Made by a program: the position numbers and the translations under genes | Part shown: piece after piece, positions 44,392 to 54,169 of the stretch | How positions within the stretch are numbered: the stretch's first letter is position 1 | Layout of the letters: each line of letters begins with the position of its first letter | Origin: an uncultured virus (IMG/VR IMGVR_UViG_3300005805_000085) | Taxonomy: Duplodnaviria; Heunggongvirae; Uroviricota; Caudoviricetes | Reading direction: 5' to 3' (one strand) | IMG/VR virus record: IMGVR_UViG_3300005805_000085 | Span: 1,963-65,962 of that record | DNA: 64,000 nt | The notes under the pieces: model-generated | What the model saw: the letters and a program-made list of their open reading frames with translations, nothing else | Told to the model about the DNA's origin: nothing | The model's database searches: none

Positions 44392-46353
44392 ATGACAAGC
44401 ACACGAGCACAAGTAATTACCCGACGAACTTATAATAGGCCCATCAGTGATGATGGCAAACAATTTGAAACTTGGCAGGACACAGTTAGCCGAGTAATCT
44501 CACATCAAGCTTGGTTATGGGAGCGTGCCGCCGGTAGACAGCTCCTACCCAATGAGTACGCAGAACTAAATCGCCTAGAGCAGCTTATGCTTGAGCGTAA
44601 GGTTTCTATGAGTGGTCGTACCCTATGGCTAGGCGGCACACAGGTAGCTAAAAATCGTGAAGCATCACAGTTTAATTGTAGCTTTACAGAAGTAGAAACT
44701 GTATATGACGTAGTAGATGTACTATGGCTCCTACTACAAGGCTGCGGTGTAGGCTTTAAGCCTATTGTAGGCACATTAAACGGATTCTCAAAACCTATTC
44801 AAAATATTGAAGTGGTCCGATCACAGCGTACTGAAAAGGGCGGCTGTGAGCACAATGTAGAAACTTGGGACCCACAAACTAAAACTTGGCGTATTCAGGT
44901 TGGCGATAGTGCAGAAGCATGGGCTAAAAGTATTGGTAAATTAATGGCGGGAAAATATCCTGCTAATACTCTTGTCCTAGACTTCTCCCAACTACGTCCT
45001 GCTGGTGAAAGGTTAAAAGGCTATGGTTGGATTTCTAGTGGAGATAGTGCTATTTCTACTGCTTATGTTGCTATTGCCCGTATTCTTAATGGCCGTGCTG
45101 ATAGCCTTCTTACTCGCATGGACATCATGGATATTGTTAATTGGCTTGGCACTATCCTTTCAAGTCGTAGATCGGCTGAAATTGCTCTTTTCGACTATGG
45201 CCAACCGGAATGGCAAGAGTTTGCAGTAGCTAAAAAAGACTGGTGGTTGCATGACAATGCACACCGTCAGCAGTCGAACAATAGCTTAGTATTTAATGAA
45301 AAACCTACACACGAGCAGCTAAGCGAAATATTTGCAATTATGCAAGAAGCTGGCGGTAGTGAACCAGGTTTTATTAATGCACAAGAAGCACGTCGTCGTG
45401 CACCTTGGTACAAAGGAGCAAATCCTTGTGTTGAGATTTTACTCGGAAACAAGTCATTCTGTAATCTTACAGAAACAGATATTGGAAAATTTAAAGGCAA
45501 TACCGCAGGACTTCACGAAGCTATACGGCTTGCCGCTCGAGCTAACTATCGTCAAACCTGTGTTAACCTTAAAGATGGTATCCTCCAAGAAGCATGGCAT
45601 CTCAACAATTACTTCTTGCGACTGTGTGGTGTAGGCCTAACTGGTATTGCTAAACGCCCAGATATGACTGGATATGACTACGAATACTTAAAGCGTACAG
45701 CTACTAGTGCTGCTATTGGTATGGCAGATGAGCTAGGGTTGCCCCGTCCTAAAAATATTACTTGCGTTAAGCCGTCAGGCACACTAAGTAAAATTATGGA
45801 TACAACTGAGGGTGTTCACAAGCCGCTAGGCAAGTACATTTTCAACAATGTGCAATTTAGCAAGTACGATCCAGTTGTAGATAAGCTACGTGAGGCAAAC
45901 TACAAAGTATTTAATCATCCTACTGATGATACCGGCGTGTTAGTAACCTTTCCAGTAGAATGGTCGGATGTTCCGTTCCATAAACAAGACGGTAAAGAAG
46001 TTAACCTAGAAACTGCTATTGATCAGCTAGAGCGTTACAAGTTAATTCAGACTAGTTGGACTCAGCAAAATACGTCAGTAACTATTAGCTACGAGCCACA
46101 TGAAGTTCCACAAATTGTGGATTGGTTAATGAATAATTGGGACTGCTATGTTGGCGTTTCATTTATTTATAGAAGTGATCCTACAAAAACAGCCAAAGAT
46201 CTTGGCTACTTATACTTACCACAAGAAGTTGTCGATGAATATACGTTTCGCACATATGTTCAAGACCTAAAAGCCGTCAATATAGATAGTGCCAATAGTT
46301 TTGATGCAATCTTAGATGACGAATGTTTAACCGGCGCATGCCCAGTGAAATAA
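44392..46353 (+). CDS. nrdJ: Class II (B12-dependent) monomeric ribonucleotide reductase
   Basis: RRTY.R, FNCS, G.GVGF, NPCVEI, KPSGT, C-terminal CLTGACP. Confidence 0.92.
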   Translation: MTSTRAQVITRRTYNRPISDDGKQFETWQDTVSRVISHQAWLWERAAGRQLLPNEYAELNRLEQLMLERKVSMSGRTLWLGGTQVAKNREASQFNCSFTEVETVYDVVDVLWLLLQGCGVGFKPIVGTLNGFSKPIQNIEVVRSQRTEKGGCEHNVETWDPQTKTWRIQVGDSAEAWAKSIGKLMAGKYPANTLVLDFSQLRPAGERLKGYGWISSGDSAISTAYVAIARILNGRADSLLTRMDIMDIVNWLGTILSSRRSAEIALFDYGQPEWQEFAVAKKDWWLHDNAHRQQSNNSLVFNEKPTHEQLSEIFAIMQEAGGSEPGFINAQEARRRAPWYKGANPCVEILLGNKSFCNLTETDIGKFKGNTAGLHEAIRLAARANYRQTCVNLKDGILQEAWHLNNYFLRLCGVGLTGIAKRPDMTGYDYEYLKRTATSAAIGMADELGLPRPKNITCVKPSGTLSKIMDTTEGVHKPLGKYIFNNVQFSKYDPVVDKLREANYKVFNHPTDDTGVLVTFPVEWSDVPFHKQDGKEVNLETAIDQLERYKLIQTSWTQQNTSVTISYEPHEVPQIVDWLMNNWDCYVGVSFIYRSDPTKTAKDLGYLYLPQEVVDEYTFRTYVQDLKAVNIDSANSFDAILDDECLTGACPVK

Positions 46354-46355
46354 TT

Positions 46356-46529
46356 ATGAACGAACCTACACTAACTTTTACAGACCTTACTATTCAAGAA
46401 GCTAATGCAATACTAGCAGGCCTACAAGAACTACCTGCTAAAGTATGTAACCCATTAACTCAAAAACTTCAGCAACAGGCGCAACAACAGCTACAGCCTC
46501 CTGCCGAAGCTCCAGCAGCAGCTGAATAA
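46356..46529 (+). CDS. Small hypothetical protein
   Basis: EANAILAGLQELP..KLQQQAQQQL. Confidence 0.65.
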   Translation: MNEPTLTFTDLTIQEANAILAGLQELPAKVCNPLTQKLQQQAQQQLQPPAEAPAAAE

Positions 46530-46564
46530 AAAAGCCCCGTTACTTTACAGTAACGGGGCTTTTT
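46528..46564. terminator. Bidirectional terminator at the early/late convergence
   Basis: AAAAAAGCCCCGTTACT-TTAC-AGTAACGGGGCTTTTT. Confidence 0.92.
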
Positions 46565-46565
46565 G

Positions 46566-47216
46566 TTATCGGGGCGAGTCGTCAGTGTCTTCGTCACTAT
46601 CCTCGTCGTCCATGTCCTCCGAATCGTCTTCATCACTATCATATAGTGTACTAACTATTTCTATTAGTATGTCGCGATAAGGTTGGTCTACGTCTGGCAA
46701 GTCTTGTAAGTATACATCAACATGACCATTACGTAATAATTCTGCATGATACATAAATTGACCAAAAGCCTCTTGTTCTTCTGAGATACTTTCGTTAGCA
46801 TAGTCTTCAATTGCTTGGGCAACAATGTCTAAGTATTCTTGTTTTACGTATGCTTTTACTGTTAGGCTTAGTAATTTAAGAGCCTTGCCTTCGCGTTCGC
46901 GCATTATCTGATTACGTTTAGCCTTGCTCCAAGAATAACCGCCATCGCCACCCCACAGATCCCAAGCTACACGACCCTTACTAGGAAAACCTTCTTCGCC
47001 ACTACGAAAGCCAGTTGCTTGACGATCTACTTCATGACGAGAAAAAAAGCTGTACATTCGTAGGACAGTTGAAGCGCTTAGTGGATCACGATCCTTTAAT
47101 TGATTAGCTCTGGCTAAACCTACTAGGGTACCACCAGGCTTACCTTCGTCTTTCCACTTTAGGGCACGACGAGCTGCTGATGCCATGCCACTAGTGGGTT
47201 TGTAAGTTTTTGCCAT
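46566..47216 (-). CDS. Conserved phage protein with acidic tail
   Basis: GGT.VG.ARA.QL, RMYSFFSRHE, AWDLWGGD.G.SW. Confidence 0.75.
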   Translation of the reverse strand: MAKTYKPTSGMASAARRALKWKDEGKPGGTLVGLARANQLKDRDPLSASTVLRMYSFFSRHEVDRQATGFRSGEEGFPSKGRVAWDLWGGDGGYSWSKAKRNQIMREREGKALKLLSLTVKAYVKQEYLDIVAQAIEDYANESISEEQEAFGQFMYHAELLRNGHVDVYLQDLPDVDQPYRDILIEIVSTLYDSDEDDSEDMDDEDSDEDTDDSPR

Positions 47217-47217
47217 T

Positions 47218-47907
47218 TTAATCCTTATATGCTAAAATTATTTGTTTACACATTTTGCTACGTACTATATCTTGATCTAAAAATCTAATTACTTCAATAC
47301 CTTCAATACCTTCTAGCCGTTTTATAGCGTCCTCTAGTCCTGAATTATTTAAGTCTCGTTGGTCTGGATCACCGCTTAAAATTACTTTACAATTTTTACC
47401 TATGCGTGATAAGAGCATTTTCAGTTCAGTTTTAGTTAAGTTTTGCGCTTCATCGACTAAAACTATTGCATTATCAAATGTTGCTCCACGCATAAATCCT
47501 ATAGGTCGGGGTTCTATATCCTTGTTTTTAAGTGCATACTCATAGAATCCTTTACCTAAAGATCGTTGAAACACGTTGTCAAATGGTTCTAAGTATGGGG
47601 CATACTTTTCCTCTAATTCACCTGGTAAAAATCCTAAACCGCGGCCAGTTTCTACATTTGGACGGGTTAGTATAATTTTATTTATGCGTCTATGAAAAAG
47701 CTCTCCTGCAGCATAGCTAGCAGCTACAAATGTTTTACCTGTACCTGCACTGCCTACTCCAAAAACTACCTCATTTTGTTTTATAGCATTTAAATATTGT
47801 TCTTGTATAAAATTAAGAGGTTTTACATCTCTAAATCCATACTCAATTGGGTTTGATTGAGTATTGGTTTGTTGTTTACGAGCTTTTTTACCTGATCTAG
47901 TTGCCAT
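47218..47907 (-). CDS. phoH: PhoH-family ATPase
   Basis: GSAGTGKT, LGFLPG, MRGATF, DEAQN, GD..Q.D. Confidence 0.95.
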   Translation of the reverse strand: MATRSGKKARKQQTNTQSNPIEYGFRDVKPLNFIQEQYLNAIKQNEVVFGVGSAGTGKTFVAASYAAGELFHRRINKIILTRPNVETGRGLGFLPGELEEKYAPYLEPFDNVFQRSLGKGFYEYALKNKDIEPRPIGFMRGATFDNAIVLVDEAQNLTKTELKMLLSRIGKNCKVILSGDPDQRDLNNSGLEDAIKRLEGIEGIEVIRFLDQDIVRSKMCKQIILAYKD

Positions 47908-47947
47908 TGATTCGACCCTGTTAAGAAGTTAAGGTTAAACACTTAGA

Positions 47948-48145
47948 TTACTTTTTTGTGTCTGGTTTTACCTCACTAGGCTTTTGGGCACCTTCTAGTT
48001 TCTTATGGATCTTTATAGTTTTACAAACTTCTTTTTCCTTGCCTTGACTATCCTTTTGGATCTCACAGACTCGTTTTGTTTCGGGTTCAGCTGCTACATA
48101 GCCTGTAGCAAACAAGGAAATTAACGCGGCTAAAATATATTTCAT
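47948..48145 (-). CDS. Small exported protein
   Basis: Signal peptide; C...C, KIHKKLEG. Confidence 0.7.
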   Translation of the reverse strand: MKYILAALISLFATGYVAAEPETKRVCEIQKDSQGKEKEVCKTIKIHKKLEGAQKPSEVKPDTKK

Positions 48146-48147
48146 AG

Positions 48148-48366
48148 CTAGTCCTTTTTGTGTGGGCTAAACTTTTCAGTAACAATTACACCTAAACCTA
48201 CTAATACTATATACATCATACTATCGTATAGTGTTCCGTCTACTTTATAACCAAAAAATAAATTAGCTACAAAACCTAGGCTACATAGCATAAAAGCTAA
48301 AAATGTTATTACACGTTTGCTGCTTAGGCTGCCGTCTACTCCATCTTGTAGTAGTGATTTAAGCAT
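48148..48366 (-). CDS. Two-TM holin-like protein
   Basis: SSKRV plus two TM helices in the lysis cassette. Confidence 0.55.
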   Translation of the reverse strand: MLKSLLQDGVDGSLSSKRVITFLAFMLCSLGFVANLFFGYKVDGTLYDSMMYIVLVGLGVIVTEKFSPHKKD

Positions 48367-48810
48367 TTAAATCTCCGGATGTGGTGCTTGTGGAGGCTTA
48401 GGTTTTCCGCCGTATCCTGCTTCTGGTTGACCACTAGCAAATAGTACTGGCTCTTGTCTAACGTGCTGCGGTTTAGGTTCTGGTGTACGTATAGCTTCAA
48501 TAGTAGTTTTAAATCCTTCTTGCTGCTGTTTTTGTGCTTGAAGCATTATTTCTTGATCTTCTTTTTTAGCTCCTGCAAGCATAATACCACTAAGTGTACC
48601 CGTTAAGAATGTTGCTATAGGTACAATAAGTTCAAAGAACTTTTGATCAATTGGACTCATAGCATTAAGTGGTTGTGTAACAAATATTATACTGTATAAA
48701 ACTACAAATACAATGCCTGTTAGTGTAAGTGCTAGACAAACCCCTATAAAGAATTTAAGTCTAGCCATTAGTTGTTCTTCGGTATAAATTAGAGTCTCCT
48801 TATTTTGCAC
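48367..48810 (-). CDS. Two-TM membrane protein
   Basis: TM helices; PIATFLTGTLSGIML. Confidence 0.7.
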   Translation of the reverse strand: MQNKETLIYTEEQLMARLKFFIGVCLALTLTGIVFVVLYSIIFVTQPLNAMSPIDQKFFELIVPIATFLTGTLSGIMLAGAKKEDQEIMLQAQKQQQEGFKTTIEAIRTPEPKPQHVRQEPVLFASGQPEAGYGGKPKPPQAPHPEI

Positions 48811-49093
48811 CTTTAGCTCCTCCTTTATCTGGTTGGCACTGTTGACAAGTTTGACCTATCGGTTCAACTCTAGTCTCTGGTGGGCCTAGTCTAGGATCAC
48901 GTTGTCCTTTAAATATGTGTTCAGGACAAGTACGAGTAACGTCGCATAATGGTTTCTGACACTGCTTAGTTTCCCAGTTTTGAGGATCTTGACAAGGATA
49001 TCTAAACCTATCGCTACCAAAAGCAGCTAGTGCAACAGGTAGTGCAAGTAAAATTAACAAGAATAGAAATAGTTTTTTATCACTAATCACCAT
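48800..49093 (-). CDS. Cys-rich periplasmic membrane-anchored protein
   Basis: TM then RYPCQDP.NW...C..P.C....TCPE. Confidence 0.7.
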   Translation of the reverse strand: MVISDKKLFLFLLILLALPVALAAFGSDRFRYPCQDPQNWETKQCQKPLCDVTRTCPEHIFKGQRDPRLGPPETRVEPIGQTCQQCQPDKGGAKGAK

Positions 49094-49716
49094 TAGCCTC
49101 CTAGTATGTGTAAGGCGTGCTCGTAGTGTTTTTTACGATCTTCTATGCCTATTGTACCACCATTAATTCGTTTTGTCAAGGTTAAAATATCCCCTTGGTC
49201 TGCCCAACGATTTAAGCTATTAGTTTCCCAAAACCAGCATGCACTTTGAGCAGCTCCTTCAAAGGTTTCTAGGTAATCTGCTGCTTCTTCTGGTTTGATT
49301 TCTATGCTGTGAGCAAACCAAGTATAATTGTCTTTACCAGTTAGCTGAATAAGTCCACGACCCCGGTATCGCCAACCATCGCCTGAAGCCTCATCACCAT
49401 TACCCATACGATTAGCATATACTCGGTTAGCTATTGCTTCTTGCTTATTAGGTTTACCAGCATATTGTTGCGCTAGTTCATCTGTAGGAAAGTATTTTGG
49501 AAATACCTTGCGTAGGCTTTGCCAACGATAGTTAAGATTTTCTTGTAGGACTGTAAACTCAGCCGACTCATGTGCACACTGTGCAATCCAAGCTGCTTGA
49601 CGTAGTGGAGTGTTAATCTCGTAATCTGGAAATAGTTGATTGATAACTTGTAACCAATAACTTGTATACTTATTTCGTGGTATTAATTTTTGTAATTGTT
49701 CTAGGGTTAGGGTCAT
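49093..49716 (-). CDS. Endolysin, glycoside hydrolase family 19
   Basis: AQCAHES, ENLNY, YRGRGLIQLTG, RINGG..G..DR. Confidence 0.93.
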   Translation of the reverse strand: MTLTLEQLQKLIPRNKYTSYWLQVINQLFPDYEINTPLRQAAWIAQCAHESAEFTVLQENLNYRWQSLRKVFPKYFPTDELAQQYAGKPNKQEAIANRVYANRMGNGDEASGDGWRYRGRGLIQLTGKDNYTWFAHSIEIKPEEAADYLETFEGAAQSACWFWETNSLNRWADQGDILTLTKRINGGTIGIEDRKKHYEHALHILGG

Positions 49717-49976
49717 TTTATGTCCTCAAATAATTTACGTTGAGTTTTGTACCACTCCTGCCACATACTAGATTTTAAGCTACAATCATGGTAAAGATGA
49801 TAATTTTCTGTAACCGTTTTAGCTACATCACTAAGTTTAGCATTTTGTTCTAGTGGTTTTAAGGATTTGCAAGGCTCTAGTAATACTTGTGGAGCTTCTG
49901 GGAATTTGGGTTTTAGTGGAACAGGAGTGCTACAGCCTACTAACGCTAGTGATAATACTATTACTATCGATTTCAT
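49713..49976 (-). CDS. o-spanin (Rz1-like lipoprotein)
   Basis: Lipobox LVGC, Pro-rich, C...C. Confidence 0.8.
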   Translation of the reverse strand: MKSIVIVLSLALVGCSTPVPLKPKFPEAPQVLLEPCKSLKPLEQNAKLSDVAKTVTENYHLYHDCSLKSSMWQEWYKTQRKLFEDIK

Positions 49977-50422
49977 TGTATTTTTTCCGCCGCACGATTA
50001 TGTGCGTCTACAAATGGTTTAGGAATTTCACACTTAGTGTCATACTTAACTACTTCTCTGTCAACATACTGTACTATATTTTGACCGCGTTCGCGTACTA
50101 TTTTCTGTTGCACAACGACTTTTTCTACTATTTTAATATTTTCTTTTGCTGCCTCAGCCTCAGCTTGTGCTAGTTTAACTTCTAGCTCTTTTATCCTAGC
50201 CTGCCAAGCACGTTCATTAGCTATAGATCCTAACATATAGACTCCAATAACTACAAGTATAATTGACCCAACTTGTAGTGGAGTTTTGTATACATGAATT
50301 ATGGGTAGTGGAATAAACTTAAGTAGATAAGTTACTCCCAATCCAACTAATCCTAGGGCTAGTACCACATAAAATAGCCACCAAGGCAGCCATTGAAGAA
50401 TCCACATTGCATCTCCTACCAT
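49973..50422 (-). CDS. i-spanin (Rz-like)
   Basis: TM helices then coiled coil, C.IP. Confidence 0.75.
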   Translation of the reverse strand: MVGDAMWILQWLPWWLFYVVLALGLVGLGVTYLLKFIPLPIIHVYKTPLQVGSIILVVIGVYMLGSIANERAWQARIKELEVKLAQAEAEAAKENIKIVEKVVVQQKIVRERGQNIVQYVDREVVKYDTKCEIPKPFVDAHNRAAEKIQ

Positions 50423-50934
50423 CGGCCTGCTTCGCGGCCAATATCAAATAACCATACAAAAAATCTAATTGCAATAGTAAGTGTTATAACTAGTAAGGTT
50501 CCCCAGAATAGGTTTTCAATAAATCGTTTTCTGCGACGAGCTTGATCACGAATCATACGCTCACGGCGCTCACGAATTTCACGACGTAGTTGATTAAACT
50601 GACTATAACCCTCTGCTCCTAAGTGTTGAAGTTCACCATAGTAAAACATATGATATATTTCAGCTTCCATTTCTCGCAATTTTTGCTGTGCTATAATTAT
50701 ATCAAAAGCCTCTGCTGTTGCGGTTTTACCAAATCCTATTTTTTCAAATAAACCAGGCTTCTGTTCACCGGTATCAGTTTTATTATCATTAATTAGCTGT
50801 TGAAGCTGACCAGCAGCATCCGCCCACTTACTTAATTGACGGTATACTCCCTCTACTTCCTGACCTACTTTTACAGCAGCTTTTAGGCCATTAAATGCAG
50901 CTGTTACCGTACCCATTAGCGTTAGCGGATCCAT
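50416..50934 (-). CDS. Helical protein with C-terminal TM
   Basis: MDPLTL..AAFNGLK; Arg-rich helix; TM. Confidence 0.75.
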   Translation of the reverse strand: MDPLTLMGTVTAAFNGLKAAVKVGQEVEGVYRQLSKWADAAGQLQQLINDNKTDTGEQKPGLFEKIGFGKTATAEAFDIIIAQQKLREMEAEIYHMFYYGELQHLGAEGYSQFNQLRREIRERRERMIRDQARRRKRFIENLFWGTLLVITLTIAIRFFVWLFDIGREAGRW

Positions 50935-50942
50935 TAGGTCTC

Positions 50943-51614
50943 CTAGTTAGCAAGGGGATTATCTAGTGCCTTTTTAATCTTGTCATCTACTTCACGACGA
51001 ATTACTCGTAGTTCTGCATTAGTATCACGTTCAATTCGGTTTACGCGCTCATTTACGGTTTGTACTGTACTATCAACTTGCTTTTGCATTTCGCGTACAC
51101 TAGATTCCGCACTACGACGTATTTCTTTTATTTCTGTATCTACTTGTCGTCGTATTTCTTTAACATCGTCATCAACCTGTCTACGAATACTAGCCACTTC
51201 TTTTTCGGTTTCACGTTGAGCAACTTTACTACCACGCTCTACGCCTTCTAGAACAGTTTCTGTGCGACGAATATCGCCTTTTAGATTTTGATTAATGTCT
51301 CGTGTATATCCCAACATCTTTTCATTATCTGCTTCTAGTTTAATTATACGGGCTTCATATTCGCTAAAGTCAGGCGCAACATAGTTTGCAATTTTTTTCT
51401 TCATATTTTCATAGTCTTTGTAGGCTTCAAAAACTCCGTACATACCCCCAACCACGGACGATACAATACCTGCAGCAATCATTAGTTTTGCAGGTGTAAA
51501 ACTATAACCACCAATACTAATAACAGTATCTTTACTAGCATACTTTTTCATGGCAGCTTCTGCAGCTTCTACCTTTTTGTTAATGTCAACATTATCTTCT
51601 GTATTGCTCATCAA
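50943..51614 (-). CDS. Membrane-anchored coiled-coil protein
   Basis: TM; 11-aa repeats IRRQVDxxxKE; KALDNPLAN. Confidence 0.75.
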   Translation of the reverse strand: MMSNTEDNVDINKKVEAAEAAMKKYASKDTVISIGGYSFTPAKLMIAAGIVSSVVGGMYGVFEAYKDYENMKKKIANYVAPDFSEYEARIIKLEADNEKMLGYTRDINQNLKGDIRRTETVLEGVERGSKVAQRETEKEVASIRRQVDDDVKEIRRQVDTEIKEIRRSAESSVREMQKQVDSTVQTVNERVNRIERDTNAELRVIRREVDDKIKKALDNPLAN

Positions 51615-53040
51615 TCATCTCCTGGTGAAGCCGGTCGCTACGCTGTGAAAGTGCGCGTTGAGCACGTGGATTATCTGGTAGGGTACGATTACGATAAATT
51701 TCCTTGCTAGTATAAAATACAGCGTCTGGTAGGTTAACTTGTTGATACTGATCAAACCCCGGTACTGTACCCATTTGTGCAACTTGCTGTGCTTGTTGCT
51801 GCTGCTGTGGATCTTGCCGAGCGCGCTCCGCGCGCTGGGCTTGAGCGGCTTGGGCTCGACGTTGCTGTTGTGCTGTAGGTTGAGGTGTAATACCGGATAC
51901 AGTTAGGCCTGTACCAAGTTGTGGGCTAGTATTAATTTGAGAAGTAGGACTGGTGGTACTAGTAATACTTGGCACAGTAATTGCTTGCTGCGCTTGAGGG
52001 TTTGCTATTAATACAGTTTCTGCTAGGTTACTACTATCAGTTAAAAAATTTGATTGACTAGGGCTAGAATTAGGAGAAACATAACCGGCACACTGTGGAC
52101 TACTCTGCGAATTAAATTTACACGCATCTGTTACCTGTTTTTCTTTAAAAGCGTTTGCATATCCTGAACAACCAGAATTGTATAGAGGATTTGCTGTGCA
52201 TTGTTGATTGAAATATGCCTGTTGGTACAGTGGACAGGCTGTAGAAAAAAGGGGGTTAGAAGAACATTGTTGATTTAGATATGCTGATTCGTATCCGGGA
52301 CATTCAGGAGAAAACAAAACATTTACCGAGCATTGTTGACTACGATATGCTTGTGCGTATCCCTGACAATTTGGACTGTATAGAAAATTAATATTGCATT
52401 GAGATTGAAAATACGCTTGTTGATAGTTTGGACAGGTTGATGCATAAAGTGGATTCACAGCGCACTCATCAACCACATACATTGCATTTAAAGAAACATT
52501 TCTAACTTGTGGTCCATAATAGCCGGCCCAATACCTATCATCTTTTCCATTAAAACTTACATCAAACCTATCAACAAAATCTAAATTAAATGGACTACCA
52601 TAATTTCTTTTGCCACTTACAGTTTCCCATCCATTTGTTTGATTAAGTGTATAACTATCTTTTTGTTTACTGAATCCAAATTGATCTTTTAAATCAACAG
52701 AAAAAGAAACAAATCCTCTATTAAATTCACTATTCATGTATTGAAAAGAATAGTTGTATCCATAGAGTCTTAGATGACTACCTTGTAGAGTTTCGCGTAA
52801 TCGTATTTCTTGGTTAACAATTTGCTGCGTATAACCAAATAAGATTGTTTGTGTTTGAGGATTGTAAGCTGCGCGATTTCCTCCAGATGTTCCTCCTGGA
52901 GTATAATTACCTGTAACAGTATTTGCCCAATTATTTTGTATTAAATTGGATGTTGTTTGTATATCCTGAGCATTACAAAAGAATGAGAAGAATAGCCAGG
53001 ACGCCAAGCCCAGCACTAACTTTTTGCCAGAAACTTGCAT
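51592..53040 (-). CDS. Secreted protein with ~22-aa Cys repeats
   Basis: Signal peptide; C.xNPL(Y/F)S..C.GY..AY..QQ about six times. Confidence 0.8.
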   Translation of the reverse strand: MQVSGKKLVLGLASWLFFSFFCNAQDIQTTSNLIQNNWANTVTGNYTPGGTSGGNRAAYNPQTQTILFGYTQQIVNQEIRLRETLQGSHLRLYGYNYSFQYMNSEFNRGFVSFSVDLKDQFGFSKQKDSYTLNQTNGWETVSGKRNYGSPFNLDFVDRFDVSFNGKDDRYWAGYYGPQVRNVSLNAMYVVDECAVNPLYASTCPNYQQAYFQSQCNINFLYSPNCQGYAQAYRSQQCSVNVLFSPECPGYESAYLNQQCSSNPLFSTACPLYQQAYFNQQCTANPLYNSGCSGYANAFKEKQVTDACKFNSQSSPQCAGYVSPNSSPSQSNFLTDSSNLAETVLIANPQAQQAITVPSITSTTSPTSQINTSPQLGTGLTVSGITPQPTAQQQRRAQAAQAQRAERARQDPQQQQQAQQVAQMGTVPGFDQYQQVNLPDAVFYTSKEIYRNRTLPDNPRAQRALSQRSDRLHQEMIDEQYRR

Positions 53041-53518
53041 TGTTACTTTCCTTTATGGATTCAGGTTTTCGTTCTGGATTGTTATCCCATATTCTCTTGG
53101 CTTCTTCGCCGATCTTACCGTCTACAGGACAAGGTGTTCCAGCATTCATCATAGCAGTAAATACTCGATCATCTTGGCATAGTGTAGATACGGCTGCAAC
53201 CTTCATGCCCATGTCGTATAAGTTTTTTGCTAGTTTAATACGTTCACAGTTCATATCCCGAACAGTACTACCACCACTAATACCTAGGATTTGAGTTTGT
53301 ACTGCTCCTGACACACCAACAGTACAAAGATCATTGTTAATTACAGTAATACCTGGACTAATAGCACTAGGTGGTGGAGATTTAACTGTAGTTTCATTTA
53401 CACTAGTACTAGTCGAATTAGATTGACTATTACTTGTTGATTCTGAGATAATCCTGTCTGTTGTTTGTGCAAAGGAAAGGGTTGAGATCAATAATAATAG
53501 CCAAACTAATTGTCGCAT
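52973..53518 (-). CDS. Secreted/anchored Cys-containing protein
   Basis: Signal peptide; PPSAISP, CTVGVSGAVQTQ, D.NCER, GTPCP; C-terminal TM. Confidence 0.8.
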   Translation of the reverse strand: MRQLVWLLLLISTLSFAQTTDRIISESTSNSQSNSTSTSVNETTVKSPPPSAISPGITVINNDLCTVGVSGAVQTQILGISGGSTVRDMNCERIKLAKNLYDMGMKVAAVSTLCQDDRVFTAMMNAGTPCPVDGKIGEEAKRIWDNNPERKPESIKESNNASFWQKVSAGLGVLAILLILL

Positions 53519-53531
53519 AGTAATTCCTAAA

Positions 53532-53891
53532 TTATGTGCTAGAAGTAACCTCTGGTGCGGGAACAGGTTCTGGTACCCAAGGCATTTGAGTTTCGTTTAA
53601 GGCTTTTTTCTCTAGTTCACGATTTACTACTAACTCTATGTGTGCTTTAATTGCTGGTAAGTTTAATTCTTGTGCTTCTATCCACTCTACAACATTTTGT
53701 TCAGTTATTTCACTAAGTGGAACAAATGTTTGTTGAGTAGGATCAGCAAGTGTAGTTGTATTTGGTAGTGAAAAACTTACTGAATCTGCTGAGCCAGTAA
53801 TAGTCCAATCTACTTGTTTAATTACATTAGTTAGTCCATCTAGTGTATGAGTATAAAGTTTTTCTGGTTTAATTATATAAGTAATTGTCAT
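53532..53891 (-). CDS. Tail-associated hypothetical protein
   Basis: DGLTNVIKQVDW..FVPLSEITEQNVVEW..PW. Confidence 0.7.
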   Translation of the reverse strand: MTITYIIKPEKLYTHTLDGLTNVIKQVDWTITGSADSVSFSLPNTTTLADPTQQTFVPLSEITEQNVVEWIEAQELNLPAIKAHIELVVNRELEKKALNETQMPWVPEPVPAPEVTSST

Positions 53892-53900
53892 AATTAACTC

Positions 53901-54161
53901 CTATTGTGGAGGTTGTGGCCAAACTATGTTATATGGATAGTTAGTTTGTTTAGTAATATCTCGTAGTGCTTGCCTGTATATAGCCCATGCTTCACGATCA
54001 ACTGGAGCGTCGGGTAGTTGAGTCCAATCTGATTCTTTAAGACGATAATTTCTAATACTTTTTATCATCTCTTCATTTGATAGTGCAACTGATGAATTAT
54101 CAATGCGCTTACTATTAAGAAGCGTTTGTATTTCCATTTGTTCTTTATATGTTAATTTCAT
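53901..54161 (-). CDS. Tail fibre assembly chaperone
   Basis: RN..L..SDWTQLPD..W..YRQALRDI..WP..P. Confidence 0.85.
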   Translation of the reverse strand: MKLTYKEQMEIQTLLNSKRIDNSSVALSNEEMIKSIRNYRLKESDWTQLPDAPVDREAWAIYRQALRDITKQTNYPYNIVWPQPPQ

Positions 54162-54169
54162 ATAGTTCC

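Noticed and set aside
33431-46353. Introns, inteins or homing endonucleases in pol, helicase or RNR
   Set aside because: ORFs are continuous and of ordinary length; no HNH, LAGLIDADG or intein motifs noticed
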